From a candidate division WWE3 bacterium RIFCSPHIGHO2_02_FULL_38_14 (GTDB lineage: Bacteria; Patescibacteriota; WWE3; UBA101185; UBA10185), in NCBI GenBank assembly GCA_001772865.1, contig MEVD01000015.1, positions 9,084 to 73,083 on the forward strand: a stretch of DNA of 64,000 nt, written 5' to 3'. The translations under genes and the position numbers were made by a program. The notes under the pieces were generated by a model. It was not told where the DNA came from, did no database searches, and was given only the letters and a program-made list of their open reading frames with translations. Of this stretch, positions 47,617 to 57,112 are shown one piece after another; position 1 is the stretch's first letter; every line of letters begins with the position of its first letter.

Positions 47617-48023
47617 ATTATTTTTCCTGTAATTTTCACTTTATATTCCTTTTCAATAGGATTTGTAATCAAAAAATAAACTTCATGGTTTATTTCATCT
47701 CCCTTTACATGCATAGAACTTGGGTCAAATTCAAAAAGCACTTGTGCGGTTTTTCCGGGCTTTATAACTAGAGGCATTGCACTTGATTCCTGCTCAATTA
47801 ACCTAGTGCAACCGCATGAGGTATAAGCTTTGGTTAACTCAAATTCATTATAAGATGGATTTATAAGAGCTACTTCAAATTCCTTTTTTGAATCAATATT
47901 AACGTTTCCTAAATCTACTTCAGTATTTAACAAAAGATCGTTGGCAGAAGTTAATTCTCTTATTAAAACCACCGCAATTATAGAAATTATAAATATTGAA
48001 GTTAAAAGCAATTTTCCTTTCAT
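47613..48023 (-). CDS. DUF1573-family secreted protein
   Basis: 136 aa. Signal, and the TSCGCT motif characteristic of DUF1573. Confidence 0.55.
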   Translation of the reverse strand: MKGKLLLTSIFIISIIAVVLIRELTSANDLLLNTEVDLGNVNIDSKKEFEVALINPSYNEFELTKAYTSCGCTRLIEQESSAMPLVIKPGKTAQVLFEFDPSSMHVKGDEINHEVYFLITNPIEKEYKVKITGKII

Positions 48024-48049
48024 ATCGTTATCTTTCCTTAAAAAATAAC

Positions 48050-48646
48050 TTACTTCGTAACTTCTGCGTCAAAAGAGAATTGAATGTTTGGACTGTCTTT
48101 AAGATTTGTAGACAAAATTATATTTCTTTTTATCGGACCTACTCCTTGTGGTCCATGGGCATTTGGGTCAAAAACAGTCTTCACTTTTACAGTTTCACCA
48201 GCTTTTATTATTTTCCCGACATAAAAATCATTCTGTCCTCCGTGACCTTTCATGCCATTAAATCCCGTTAGAGTTCCGTCGGCCAATATAAGCTGAGCTT
48301 TTGTACACATACAGGAGGTAAAAAGTTCTTTAATAAAGATGTCTTCACTCCCCGTATTAGTCAATTCATATATAGTTTCTACATTACCGTCTTTCATTGA
48401 AATTGTTCCAAAGCTAAACGAATTTTTATCAACTTCGTAAGTAGAATTTGATACTCCGGCTGCTTCTTGATTTTGTGCTTCAGTACCTTGTGATCTTGTG
48501 GTTAGAAATATTACTCCCGCTATAACAATTGTCGGTATTAATACTATATATATTAGCGGTTTAAACATTCCAAAAATTCCGCTACTTTTTTCTTTATGGT
48601 CTTTATGACAGTTTTTACCCATGTAATCCTTTCTTAAACTCCACAA
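48050..48646 (-). CDS. DUF1573-family membrane-anchored protein (paralog)
   Basis: 198 aa. N-terminal TM, TSCMCT motif. Confidence 0.55.
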   Translation of the reverse strand: MWSLRKDYMGKNCHKDHKEKSSGIFGMFKPLIYIVLIPTIVIAGVIFLTTRSQGTEAQNQEAAGVSNSTYEVDKNSFSFGTISMKDGNVETIYELTNTGSEDIFIKELFTSCMCTKAQLILADGTLTGFNGMKGHGGQNDFYVGKIIKAGETVKVKTVFDPNAHGPQGVGPIKRNIILSTNLKDSPNIQFSFDAEVTK

Positions 48647-49581
48647 CCGCCGCCACCCTTTGGAGCTTGTGGCAATGATTTAATTTGAGATCTCATTTGT
48701 CTGTAACCCGAAGCGCTTGAATAGTTCATTCCCAAAGCTGTTTTAGCGTCAATCTGATTCCAGTCTCTGCCATTTTCTTTAAAATAAACTGCCATTTCCT
48801 GATACTGTTGAGGGAACCAAAGTGCGTTAACATCCAGAGCAACTTTGTAAGCTTCTTGTACCGACACATTATTAACAGCCATAAGTTCCAAAAGCCCCAG
48901 CATGGCCATCCCATGATTACAATCAGGAAAATGTGTCGAATTGTTGCAGCATGGTCTATAAATATTCTTAGACATTTCTTCTACCATTTTCTGTTGGTCG
49001 GTAGTTAATGTTACAAAGTTGTGCGCGCTGTAATGATCCATGGCTTTTCCCTTAGATAGACTCCAACCACCTGTGCTAGCCATATTTCCGGTTTGTGAAG
49101 GCTCCTGCATCATTTCTCCTTTGTTTAAAACATCATTTTTATTAGCCAAACCAAAAGCCCAAAGCATGTTAAGAATTAACCTTGCATTAGCTTGATTCAT
49201 TACAATTTCACCGTTGCTATTTCCATCTAAAAGCTTTTTATCATTTTCTGACAATGTGCCCATAACTTCTGAAAACTTAGTGCTATCTATTACCCCTGTA
49301 TCCACTAACTTCTTTCCTAAATCCGACCACTTAATAGGTAATTTAACTTCTTGAGGAATTGATTGAACTACAACCTGGTCTGGTTTTGTAGCCAGGTTAG
49401 CCGGATCATTTTGTGTTTTTTTGGACTGGTAATTTGGAGTTATTCTTAATTCGATACTAAATAAGTAATTGAATACCAAAATAAATACAAGAACAGAGCT
49501 TACTAAAGCCCATTTGCTAAACGATATTAAGCTTGTAATTTTCTGTAATTTTTCTTTCATGGAGCAATTATGAAACCTCAA
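48634..49581 (-). CDS. Secreted Cys-containing protein
   Basis: 315 aa. N-terminal TM/signal. PCCNNSTHFPDCNHGMAMLGL. C-terminal GGGGCGV. Confidence 0.4.
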   Translation of the reverse strand: MRFHNCSMKEKLQKITSLISFSKWALVSSVLVFILVFNYLFSIELRITPNYQSKKTQNDPANLATKPDQVVVQSIPQEVKLPIKWSDLGKKLVDTGVIDSTKFSEVMGTLSENDKKLLDGNSNGEIVMNQANARLILNMLWAFGLANKNDVLNKGEMMQEPSQTGNMASTGGWSLSKGKAMDHYSAHNFVTLTTDQQKMVEEMSKNIYRPCCNNSTHFPDCNHGMAMLGLLELMAVNNVSVQEAYKVALDVNALWFPQQYQEMAVYFKENGRDWNQIDAKTALGMNYSSASGYRQMRSQIKSLPQAPKGGGGCGV

Positions 49582-49677
49582 AACTAAAGAAGTTATGAAG
49601 AGTTGTATAGATACGCAACATTTGTATGAGGAGGTGCAACGAGTGCAAGCAAGCAGGCAAGCTCGTATAATCTTTTT

Positions 49678-50364
49678 ATGAGACTTCTAATAATAGAAGA
49701 TGAAAAGGATCTCGCTGAAAATATTAAAAAAGGCTTAGTCGAAGAAGGATTTGCCGTGGATATTTCAATAGATGGTGAGGATGGAAAATTTATGATTGAA
49801 ACCGAGCCTTATGACCTTGTCATCTTGGATATAATGCTCCCAAAAATAGATGGAATTACTCTTTGCAAAGATATAAGATCAAAAGGAATTAAAACACCGA
49901 TATTAATGCTTACGGCAAAATCTACATTAGAAAACAAAATAAAGGGGTTTGACGTAGGCGCGGATGATTATTTAACAAAACCATTTGATTTTGTAGAACT
50001 CAAAGCAAGAGTTCATGCACTATTAAGAAGAGCCGGAAATATTGAACTTCCCATTTTAGAAATCGCGGATCTTAAAATGGATCCACAAAAACATGAGGTA
50101 TTTAGAAATTCCGAAAAACTGGATTTAACTCCAAAGGAATTCTCAATTTTAGAATTATTACTAAAAAATAAAGAAAAGGTTGTAACTCGTACTATGATAG
50201 TAGAGCATGTTTGGGATTATAACTTTGAAAGTATGAGCAACTTAGTGGACGTATTAATAGGCACACTAAGAAAAAAAGTTGACAAAAAAGGTATGAAAAA
50301 ACTAATTAAAACAGTTTATGGAGTTGGTTTTAAGCTTTCAGAAGAAAATAATGAAAAACCTTAG
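49678..50364 (+). CDS. OmpR/PhoB-family response regulator
   Basis: Receiver domain (LIIEDE...DLVILDIMLP.IDG...K) plus winged-helix output domain (...YGVGFKL). Confidence 0.9.
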   Translation: MRLLIIEDEKDLAENIKKGLVEEGFAVDISIDGEDGKFMIETEPYDLVILDIMLPKIDGITLCKDIRSKGIKTPILMLTAKSTLENKIKGFDVGADDYLTKPFDFVELKARVHALLRRAGNIELPILEIADLKMDPQKHEVFRNSEKLDLTPKEFSILELLLKNKEKVVTRTMIVEHVWDYNFESMSNLVDVLIGTLRKKVDKKGMKKLIKTVYGVGFKLSEENNEKP

Positions 50365-51730
50365 CATAAAATTACAACTTACTATTTGGTATTCGCTTAT
50401 TATCATGGTGATTTCTGTAGTTTTGTTTTTTTCTTTTTATATAATTACACAAAGATCAATTCTTATGGAAACAGATAGATCTCTTTTTACCCACGCTTCA
50501 TCAATAGCTGAAAACATTGGATTAAATACCAGTAATGTGTATGACGATCAGACAGAAGAGATTGTGTTTGTAAGCAAGACACAAATTCCTGGTATATTTC
50601 TTGAGGTAACAGATACTAATGGGCATATCGTTAATAACGAAGAGACTGCAATATTACAAGATTTAATAGTGCGGGCAATTCAAACAAAAACTCCTTCTTA
50701 TACGAACAGAAAACTAGGTGTTAGCGATTTAAGAATTATAGCTTTCCCCATCAATAATAATGGACAAATTATTGGAACTGTTGTAATGGGACACCCTGTT
50801 GATGTCTATACAAATGCATTAGGGGTACTTAAAAAAACATTACTTCTTCTGGCTTTATTTTTTATAGCACCCTTCATTGCAACAGGTTATTTTCTATCGC
50901 AAAATGCAGTATCTCCAATAGTCATATTATCTAAAAGAATCTCTCAAATAACAGAGGAAAACTTGTCAGAGAGAATTACTGTTCCATCAAAATCTTCTGA
51001 AACTTTTATGCTTGTCGAAAACTTTAACAATCTATTAGATAGGTTAAAGAACGCGTTTTTAAAGGAAAGACAGTTTGTAGGAGAAGTAGCTCATGAAATT
51101 AAAACTCCTCTGGCAGTAATAAAAAGTAATGCTGAAGTTACTTTATCTAAAAAAAGAGATATGGATGAGTATGAAAAGTCTCTAAATCAAGTTTTAGAAC
51201 ACACTAATAAACTGACTAAAAGCTTATCAGGATTAATAGATTTTGCCTGGTCCCAAACAACTGATGTCACAATACAATTTAATAAAATTAACTTATCGGA
51301 CTTATTAAAAGGTATTTGTGATAATAGCCGCTATCTTGCACAAACTAAAAATTTAGAAGTTAATTGTGATATTAATGAAAATATAATTGTTTTAGGAAAA
51401 AAAGATAAACTTTCACAAGTTTTTATTAATATTATCGATAATTCTGTTAAATTCACTCCCCAAAACGGTTCTATATCCATAAAATTATATGTGAAACAAG
51501 ACCTTGCTATTGCTGAAGTAAAAGATACCGGTTTGGGAATTGGCAAGGAGGACCTAAGAACCATATTTGACAGGTTTACCCGAGCTAAAGGCAACGAACA
51601 TATTCAAGGACACGGACTTGGTCTCGCTATAGCATATGCGATTGTTAAAGCGCACGGTGGTGATATTGAAGTTGAAAGCGAAAAAAATAAGGGAACTGTA
51701 TTTACCGTAAAGCTAAAACTTTCTTCATAA
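50351..51730 (+). CDS. Sensor histidine kinase
   Basis: Two TM, HAMP-like region, H-box HEIKTPL, N/G boxes (DTGLGIG, GHGLGLAIA). Probable ATG at 50351 overlaps the regulator stop. Confidence 0.85.
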   Translation: MKNLSIKLQLTIWYSLIIMVISVVLFFSFYIITQRSILMETDRSLFTHASSIAENIGLNTSNVYDDQTEEIVFVSKTQIPGIFLEVTDTNGHIVNNEETAILQDLIVRAIQTKTPSYTNRKLGVSDLRIIAFPINNNGQIIGTVVMGHPVDVYTNALGVLKKTLLLLALFFIAPFIATGYFLSQNAVSPIVILSKRISQITEENLSERITVPSKSSETFMLVENFNNLLDRLKNAFLKERQFVGEVAHEIKTPLAVIKSNAEVTLSKKRDMDEYEKSLNQVLEHTNKLTKSLSGLIDFAWSQTTDVTIQFNKINLSDLLKGICDNSRYLAQTKNLEVNCDINENIIVLGKKDKLSQVFINIIDNSVKFTPQNGSISIKLYVKQDLAIAEVKDTGLGIGKEDLRTIFDRFTRAKGNEHIQGHGLGLAIAYAIVKAHGGDIEVESEKNKGTVFTVKLKLSS

Positions 51731-51762
51731 GTTCTTAACAATAAACACCCTAACATTTACAT

Positions 51763-52182
51763 ATGAATTTAAAACTTAAATCTTTTGCAATCTTTTTATC
51801 GGCGTTTTTGGGTTTGCTTCTCGTAAATATTGCCATTGTTGCCATTTTATCCAGGTCACTTGATTTTGCTTTAGAACAATTTTTATCTTTAAAACTATTT
51901 CTTATTCCTATTGCTTTGGGTTTCGGGTTACAGGCATTACTCTATTCTCTTATAAAAGAGAAAAACTCACTTATGATAATGGGAAGCGGATCTATGAACA
52001 CAGGTACAATGATTGCCTGCTGTGCCCATCATGCTGCGGACATATTTCCTTTTTTAGCAATAGGGGGAATAAGTGCATTTTTTGTTTCAACACAAAAATA
52101 TTTATTGGCAGGTGCGTTAGTTTTAAATTGGCTTATTGTCATTTATTTATATAGAAAACTTATTAAGTTAAGGAATTTATGA
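51763..52182 (+). CDS. Polytopic membrane protein with CCAHH motif (possible metal-binding)
   Basis: 139 aa, 4 TM. MIACCAHHAADIF in a TM/loop. Confidence 0.4.
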   Translation: MNLKLKSFAIFLSAFLGLLLVNIAIVAILSRSLDFALEQFLSLKLFLIPIALGFGLQALLYSLIKEKNSLMIMGSGSMNTGTMIACCAHHAADIFPFLAIGGISAFFVSTQKYLLAGALVLNWLIVIYLYRKLIKLRNL

Positions 52183-52194
52183 TTTCTAAATGAT

Positions 52195-52638
52195 ATGAAA
52201 AACAATAGTTATAAATATATATTTCTAACCTTAATATTTATATCTTTGACATTTGGCCTATTAATATATGCTAACAAAGAAATAAAACTAATAAAGCAAG
52301 AAATTATTACTTCACAAGTAGGGCAGAACGTACAAACTAAAAAGATTGGGGATGTTATCGTAGCAGCACTTCCTATAAAAGATGGAACTAAAGTCGATTT
52401 TGAGATTCAGTTAGACACTCACACCACAGATCTGATATACAAATTAGAAGAGTTGGCTCTACTTAAAAACGAAAGTGGAGAAACCCTAAAACCAATTGGG
52501 TGGGTAGGAGACGAGCCCGGAGGTCACCACAGAAAAGGAAAACTGCTTTTTCCTGTCTTTAATACTGCGCCTAAAAGTATATTTTTGAATATAGATAATA
52601 TAGAAGATAGTAGTATAGAGTTTGATTGGAATTTATGA
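52195..52638 (+). CDS. Secreted/anchored protein with GGHH motif
   Basis: 147 aa. N-terminal TM. DEPGGHHRKGKL. Confidence 0.35.
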   Translation: MKNNSYKYIFLTLIFISLTFGLLIYANKEIKLIKQEIITSQVGQNVQTKKIGDVIVAALPIKDGTKVDFEIQLDTHTTDLIYKLEELALLKNESGETLKPIGWVGDEPGGHHRKGKLLFPVFNTAPKSIFLNIDNIEDSSIEFDWNL

Positions 52639-52920
52639 GTGGGGGTGATAACAATGATTGACACAAAGGCATTTGCAAATGCAGGAGCCATAGTAGGTTT
52701 ACTTTCTTATTCAATTTGTTTGTTGGTAGTTTTAGTATTTCCTGAATTGGTTTACATCCTTTTAGACTATGTTTTTCACGGTTTAAATTTAGAATTATTA
52801 AAACCTACAAAGGAGTCAATAGACATAGGCAAAGCGATAATAGGCTCGTTAATATTAACTGCATACATTTGGGTAACATTATTTAGTTTTGGTTATGTAT
52901 ATAACAGGTTAAAAAAATGA
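52639..52920 (+). CDS. Small membrane protein
   Basis: 93 aa, 2-3 TM. Confidence 0.3.
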   Translation: MGVITMIDTKAFANAGAIVGLLSYSICLLVVLVFPELVYILLDYVFHGLNLELLKPTKESIDIGKAIIGSLILTAYIWVTLFSFGYVYNRLKK

Positions 52921-52996
52921 GCTTCATTGGATTTCAATCTTAGCTTCGCTCAAAAGAAACATAACCAACAACTAATTTATAAAAAGGAGGTTTTTT

Positions 52997-53164
52997 ATGA
53001 ACAAAAAAACTTTAATAATTAGTTTTGTTTTTATAGGTCTGGCACTTGTATTAACATCAATTTTTAATGTTTCTCCAATAGTGGCGGCCTTTCTATTACT
53101 ATGTCCGCTAATACATATTTTTATGGGACACGGAGATAACGGGCAGAACTTACATAAGCATTAG
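52997..53164 (+). CDS. Small (55 aa) membrane protein with Cys/His/Met cluster immediately upstream of the P1B-ATPase (not in ORF track)
   Basis: Strong SD AAGGAGG 7 nt upstream. MNKKTLIISFVFIGLALVLTSIFNVSPIVAAFLLLCPLIHIFMGHGDNGQNLHKH. Confidence 0.4.
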   Translation: MNKKTLIISFVFIGLALVLTSIFNVSPIVAAFLLLCPLIHIFMGHGDNGQNLHKH

Positions 53165-53200
53165 ATGATATAAGAATGCGATCAGCTGTAGAATAAAGAT

Positions 53201-55447
53201 ATGAATAAAAACGAAAATATAATCTATACATGCCCAATGCATCCGGAAGTGCATAAAGAGTTACCCGGAACTTGTCCTAAATGCGGAATGACCTTAGTAA
53301 AGACTGAGACTAAAGATAACCTCAAGACGCATGTTGATATGAGACACGATATCCATTCCTCTCACGTAATGAAGCCAAATTCTGAAATGTCTTTTTGGGA
53401 AAAACTCAAAATGAGTATGTCAATGACTATGGGGATGGATCACACAGGTTTAGCAGGACGTGAAATGGCTCGTCTCATGGAAGAGGATATAAGATCTAAA
53501 TTTTTTGTATCACTCTTATTAACCGTTCCTATCGTATTGTTCTCCCCGCTCGGAAAAAACATTATGGGATTCAGCCTTCCCATACCAATTTCGGAAAACT
53601 GGTTATTGCTACTTCTTACCACACCTGTTTATTTTTACTGCGGGTGGATATTTTTATACTCAACTTATGTAGCCATTTTTAAACAAAGAACTCTAAATAT
53701 GGCTGTTCTCATCGCTGTCGGTATCACTGCTGCTTACGTATTTAGTATCGTTTTAACACTCCTAGGAAGCGAGGAATCATTTTATGAGGCTGCTGCAATG
53801 CTTATAACCTTTGTTTTGTTTGGTCACTGGATGGAAATGAAAAGCAGACGTGGTACAACCGATGCTTTACAGGCACTTTTTAATCTCGTTCCTCCGCAAG
53901 CTAGAGTCATTCGTAATGGCAAAGAAGAACTGGTACCTACAGCCGAGGTAAAACAGGGAGATATTTTAATTCTCAAACCTGGAGATAAAGTTCCAGTAGA
54001 TGGTGAGATAACCGATGGAGAAACAGCAATAGATGAATCTTTAGTTACCGGTGAATCTATACCCGTTTCAAAGCAAAAAGGAGATAAAGTAATAGGTGGT
54101 TCGATTAATACTTCGGGCTCTGTACAATTTAAAGCTACAAAAGTGGGCAAAGACACAGCGCTTGCTCAAATAGTTAAAATGGTTGAAACTGCTCAAAATT
54201 CTAAAGCCCCCGGCCAAAAACTTGCCGATAAGTTTGCGCGTTACCTCGTAGTTGTTGCAGTCGGAGGAGGTTTTTTAACATTTGCTGTTTGGTTTTTTAT
54301 TATGGGACAGACTCTCCTGTTCGCGCTAACCTTTGCAATCTCTACTGTGGTCATAGCTTGCCCTGATGCACTTGGACTCGCAACCCCCACTGCTGTAGCA
54401 GTAGGAACCGGACTTGGAGCAAAACATAACATTCTCATAAAAGACGCTCCCACGCTTGAGCAAGTTTCTAAAATCCAAGCCGTTGTACTTGATAAAACAG
54501 GCACTCTTACAGAAGGTAAACCAAAGATCACAGATGTTATTGCAGCAGTCGGATTTTCCGAAGACGAGGTTTTAAAACTGGATGCAGCGGCAGAAGCAAA
54601 ATCCTCACACCCGCTTAGTCAAGCTGTTTTAGAAGAAACTAAAAAAAGAAATATTGTAGTACCGTCCAACGTAGAAAAGTTTCAGAACCTATCAGGACAT
54701 GGTGTTGAAGCATTTGTAGAAGGAAAACACGTATTAGTAGGCACTCTTAAATTAATGTCCGATAGAAAAGTTGATACATCACCATTACAGCAAGATATAG
54801 AAAAGCTTTTGTCAGGCGGGAAAACAATAATGGTATTGGCAGTAGATAACAAAATAGCCGGTGTGGCGGCAGCGTTGGATCCCGTAAAAGAAAATGCAGG
54901 TAAAGCAATAACACGCATGAAAGAGTTAGGTTTGGAGGTTGCTATGATTACAGGAGATAATAAAAAAACAGCAGAATCTATTGGGAAACAACTTGGAATA
55001 GATCGGGTGTTCTCAGAGGTATTACCGGAAGACAAGTCCACCTATGTTAAGAAATTACAGCAGGAAGGGAAATTTGTGGCAATGGTGGGGGACGGCGTTA
55101 ATGATGCCCCCGCTTTAGCCCAGGCTGATATTGGTATTGCAATAGGAGCAGGAACAGACGTGGCAATTGAAACAGCAAAAGTAGTTCTTATGAAATCAGA
55201 TCCTGCAGATGTACTAAGAGCAATCCGTTTAAGCAAAGCTACAGTTCTAAAAATGAAACAAAATCTTTTTTGGGCTTCCATATACAATTTACTTGCCATA
55301 CCTGTTGCAGCCGGAGTTTTATATCCGAGCTTTCAAATATCTCTCAGACCGGAGATTTCGGCCTTGCTTATGAGTATCTCTTCAATAATAGTAGCAACTA
55401 ACGCTGTTTTACTTAAAAGAACAGAAAAAGACTTAGTGGAAATTTAG
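53201..55447 (+). CDS. Heavy-metal-translocating P1B-type ATPase
   Basis: N-terminal YTCPMHPEV....GTCPKCGM metal-binding region, TM CPD motif (VIACPDALGLATP), DKTGTLT, SSHPLS (HP), GDGVNDAPAL. Confidence 0.9.
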   Translation: MNKNENIIYTCPMHPEVHKELPGTCPKCGMTLVKTETKDNLKTHVDMRHDIHSSHVMKPNSEMSFWEKLKMSMSMTMGMDHTGLAGREMARLMEEDIRSKFFVSLLLTVPIVLFSPLGKNIMGFSLPIPISENWLLLLLTTPVYFYCGWIFLYSTYVAIFKQRTLNMAVLIAVGITAAYVFSIVLTLLGSEESFYEAAAMLITFVLFGHWMEMKSRRGTTDALQALFNLVPPQARVIRNGKEELVPTAEVKQGDILILKPGDKVPVDGEITDGETAIDESLVTGESIPVSKQKGDKVIGGSINTSGSVQFKATKVGKDTALAQIVKMVETAQNSKAPGQKLADKFARYLVVVAVGGGFLTFAVWFFIMGQTLLFALTFAISTVVIACPDALGLATPTAVAVGTGLGAKHNILIKDAPTLEQVSKIQAVVLDKTGTLTEGKPKITDVIAAVGFSEDEVLKLDAAAEAKSSHPLSQAVLEETKKRNIVVPSNVEKFQNLSGHGVEAFVEGKHVLVGTLKLMSDRKVDTSPLQQDIEKLLSGGKTIMVLAVDNKIAGVAAALDPVKENAGKAITRMKELGLEVAMITGDNKKTAESIGKQLGIDRVFSEVLPEDKSTYVKKLQQEGKFVAMVGDGVNDAPALAQADIGIAIGAGTDVAIETAKVVLMKSDPADVLRAIRLSKATVLKMKQNLFWASIYNLLAIPVAAGVLYPSFQISLRPEISALLMSISSIIVATNAVLLKRTEKDLVEI

Positions 55448-55549
55448 AATGCAATTCCAGGTTCACAATTTTTATTAAACGAGAATTATTAATGTGATAT
55501 ATTTATATATAGATATTTATAAATATTTAACATGAAAGGAAAATAAAAT

Positions 55550-55975
55550 ATGCTAAAAATAAACCCTTATTTGAATTTTGACGGCAATGCCGAAGAAGTA
55601 TTTAATTTTTATAAATCAGTATTCGGAGGAGAATTTACTCCGATTCAGCGTTTTAAAGACATTCCTGCAGGTGAGAAGCCCATGCCCAAAGAAGAAGAAA
55701 ATAGAATTATGCATATTGGATTAAAAATCAGCGAAAATGCCATTTTGATGGCCTCAGATATTTCCGATTCCATGGGAATGTCTCTAGTAAAAGGAAATAA
55801 CAACTATATTTCTCTGACTCCTGATAATAAAGAGGAAGGACAGCGATTATTTAACGAACTTTCGGCCGGGGGACAGGTAGAGATGCCTTATGAAAAGATG
55901 TTCTGGGGGGATTACTTTGGTTCATTCACTGATAAATTCGGAGTATGCTGGATGATAGATGTTGAGGATAAATAA
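55550..55975 (+). CDS. PhnB-like VOC-family protein
   Basis: N-terminus MLKINPYLNFDGNAEEVFNFYKSVFGGE is typical of the PhnB/3-demethylubiquinone-methyltransferase-like VOC fold. Confidence 0.55.
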   Translation: MLKINPYLNFDGNAEEVFNFYKSVFGGEFTPIQRFKDIPAGEKPMPKEEENRIMHIGLKISENAILMASDISDSMGMSLVKGNNNYISLTPDNKEEGQRLFNELSAGGQVEMPYEKMFWGDYFGSFTDKFGVCWMIDVEDK

Positions 55976-56036
55976 AGTAATTTAAAACCTACTTAGTTTC
56001 AGCAAAAACAGCCTGAATAAATGCTAAAATATCGGT

Positions 56037-56984
56037 ATGATAAATGAAAAACCCGGTGCCGGTGAGGGAGAAATTCCTGAGTCAAAATTACCTAGCAACA
56101 ATGGGGAAAATTCGGAACGTGAACAGAAATTTATTTTAACCGCTCTGGTACCGCAGAATGGCTGGATGCGTCCCGATGGATTATCTTTTGCCTGCAGTCA
56201 GGAAACTCATGATGCTTGCGCGCGTAATGTTTTAAAACAAGAATTTCCCGAAGTTTTTGAGGAACTTTATTCAGTCACATCAGAGAGTGCTTATTCCAGT
56301 ATCCGAAGAGAAATAGGTCGAAGGGGATTCGTGCAATTAAGTAACGGCCAAGTAATGCATCCGGAACATCCGCTTACCGAAGCCCAGCTTAAAAAATTGG
56401 ACCAGGCCGGTTTAAAATTTGAAGTAACTATTACTGAAGTTGAACAGCGGCAATATTTTACAGGAATGCTTGAATCTATAAGAAAAGGAGAATACAGCAA
56501 CCATACTTTAATGTTAATTCAACAATTCTTTGATAATGAACTGAGATTTCTTGTAAATGATGAACCGGAAGATGCATATGAAGTATTTAACGCCGTAACT
56601 AAAGGATTTTTAAATGGAGGAGAAATTAGGGATGCTTATCAGCATACTGAAACGAGAAGAGAATATAGTATCGAGCCCGAAGGCAGATTTTGTGTAGTTG
56701 TACATTATTATAAACACGCAGGCGACAGCGGAGTTATGAATACAACAACTGTCTATGTTCTTCCGGCTGAAAAGGCGCCGGATTACGAGGAATATTTCGG
56801 AAATAAACGAAAGGAAGAAGAAACAGAAGATTTGGAACCAATAGAAAAATCAAACAGTACGGATTTTACGGAAGCGAATGACGAAATTCCGGAGAGAAAA
56901 AAGCCAAAAATTAAAACTCCAAGAATCAAAGGAATGTCTTCAAGAGATAAACGAAATCGTTTAGAAAAAATACTGGACGAATAA
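56037..56984 (+). CDS. Hypothetical protein with basic C-terminal tail
   Basis: 315 aa, no motifs. Directly upstream of pgsB copy 2. Confidence 0.4.
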   Translation: MINEKPGAGEGEIPESKLPSNNGENSEREQKFILTALVPQNGWMRPDGLSFACSQETHDACARNVLKQEFPEVFEELYSVTSESAYSSIRREIGRRGFVQLSNGQVMHPEHPLTEAQLKKLDQAGLKFEVTITEVEQRQYFTGMLESIRKGEYSNHTLMLIQQFFDNELRFLVNDEPEDAYEVFNAVTKGFLNGGEIRDAYQHTETRREYSIEPEGRFCVVVHYYKHAGDSGVMNTTTVYVLPAEKAPDYEEYFGNKRKEEETEDLEPIEKSNSTDFTEANDEIPERKKPKIKTPRIKGMSSRDKRNRLEKILDE

Positions 56985-57041
56985 TAAATATAAAAACTAA
57001 TTTAAGTATTACTTCATAATACCCGTTATAATAACCCGCAT

Positions 57042-57070
57042 TTGACAAACCCCCAAAAGTGTACTATAAG
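57042..57070 (+). promoter_or_regulatory. Candidate sigma70-like promoter of pgsB-pgsCC copy 2
   Basis: Perfect -35 TTGACA 57042..57047, 17-bp spacer, -10 TATAAG 57065..57070 with upstream TGt. The ORF-track GTG start at 57059 lies inside this promoter, so the real start is the ATG at 57113. Confidence 0.5.
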
Positions 57071-57112
57071 TTAGCCACCTACCCGAAAAGATACCAAATT
57101 CTAATTCAAAAT

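Noticed and set aside
53440-55299. Antisense ORFs within the P-type ATPase gene, and likewise inside the A2M gene (27369.., 28101.., 28674.., 29423.., 30111..)
   Set aside because: They sit entirely within strongly supported long genes on the other strand and have no motifs. Spurious.
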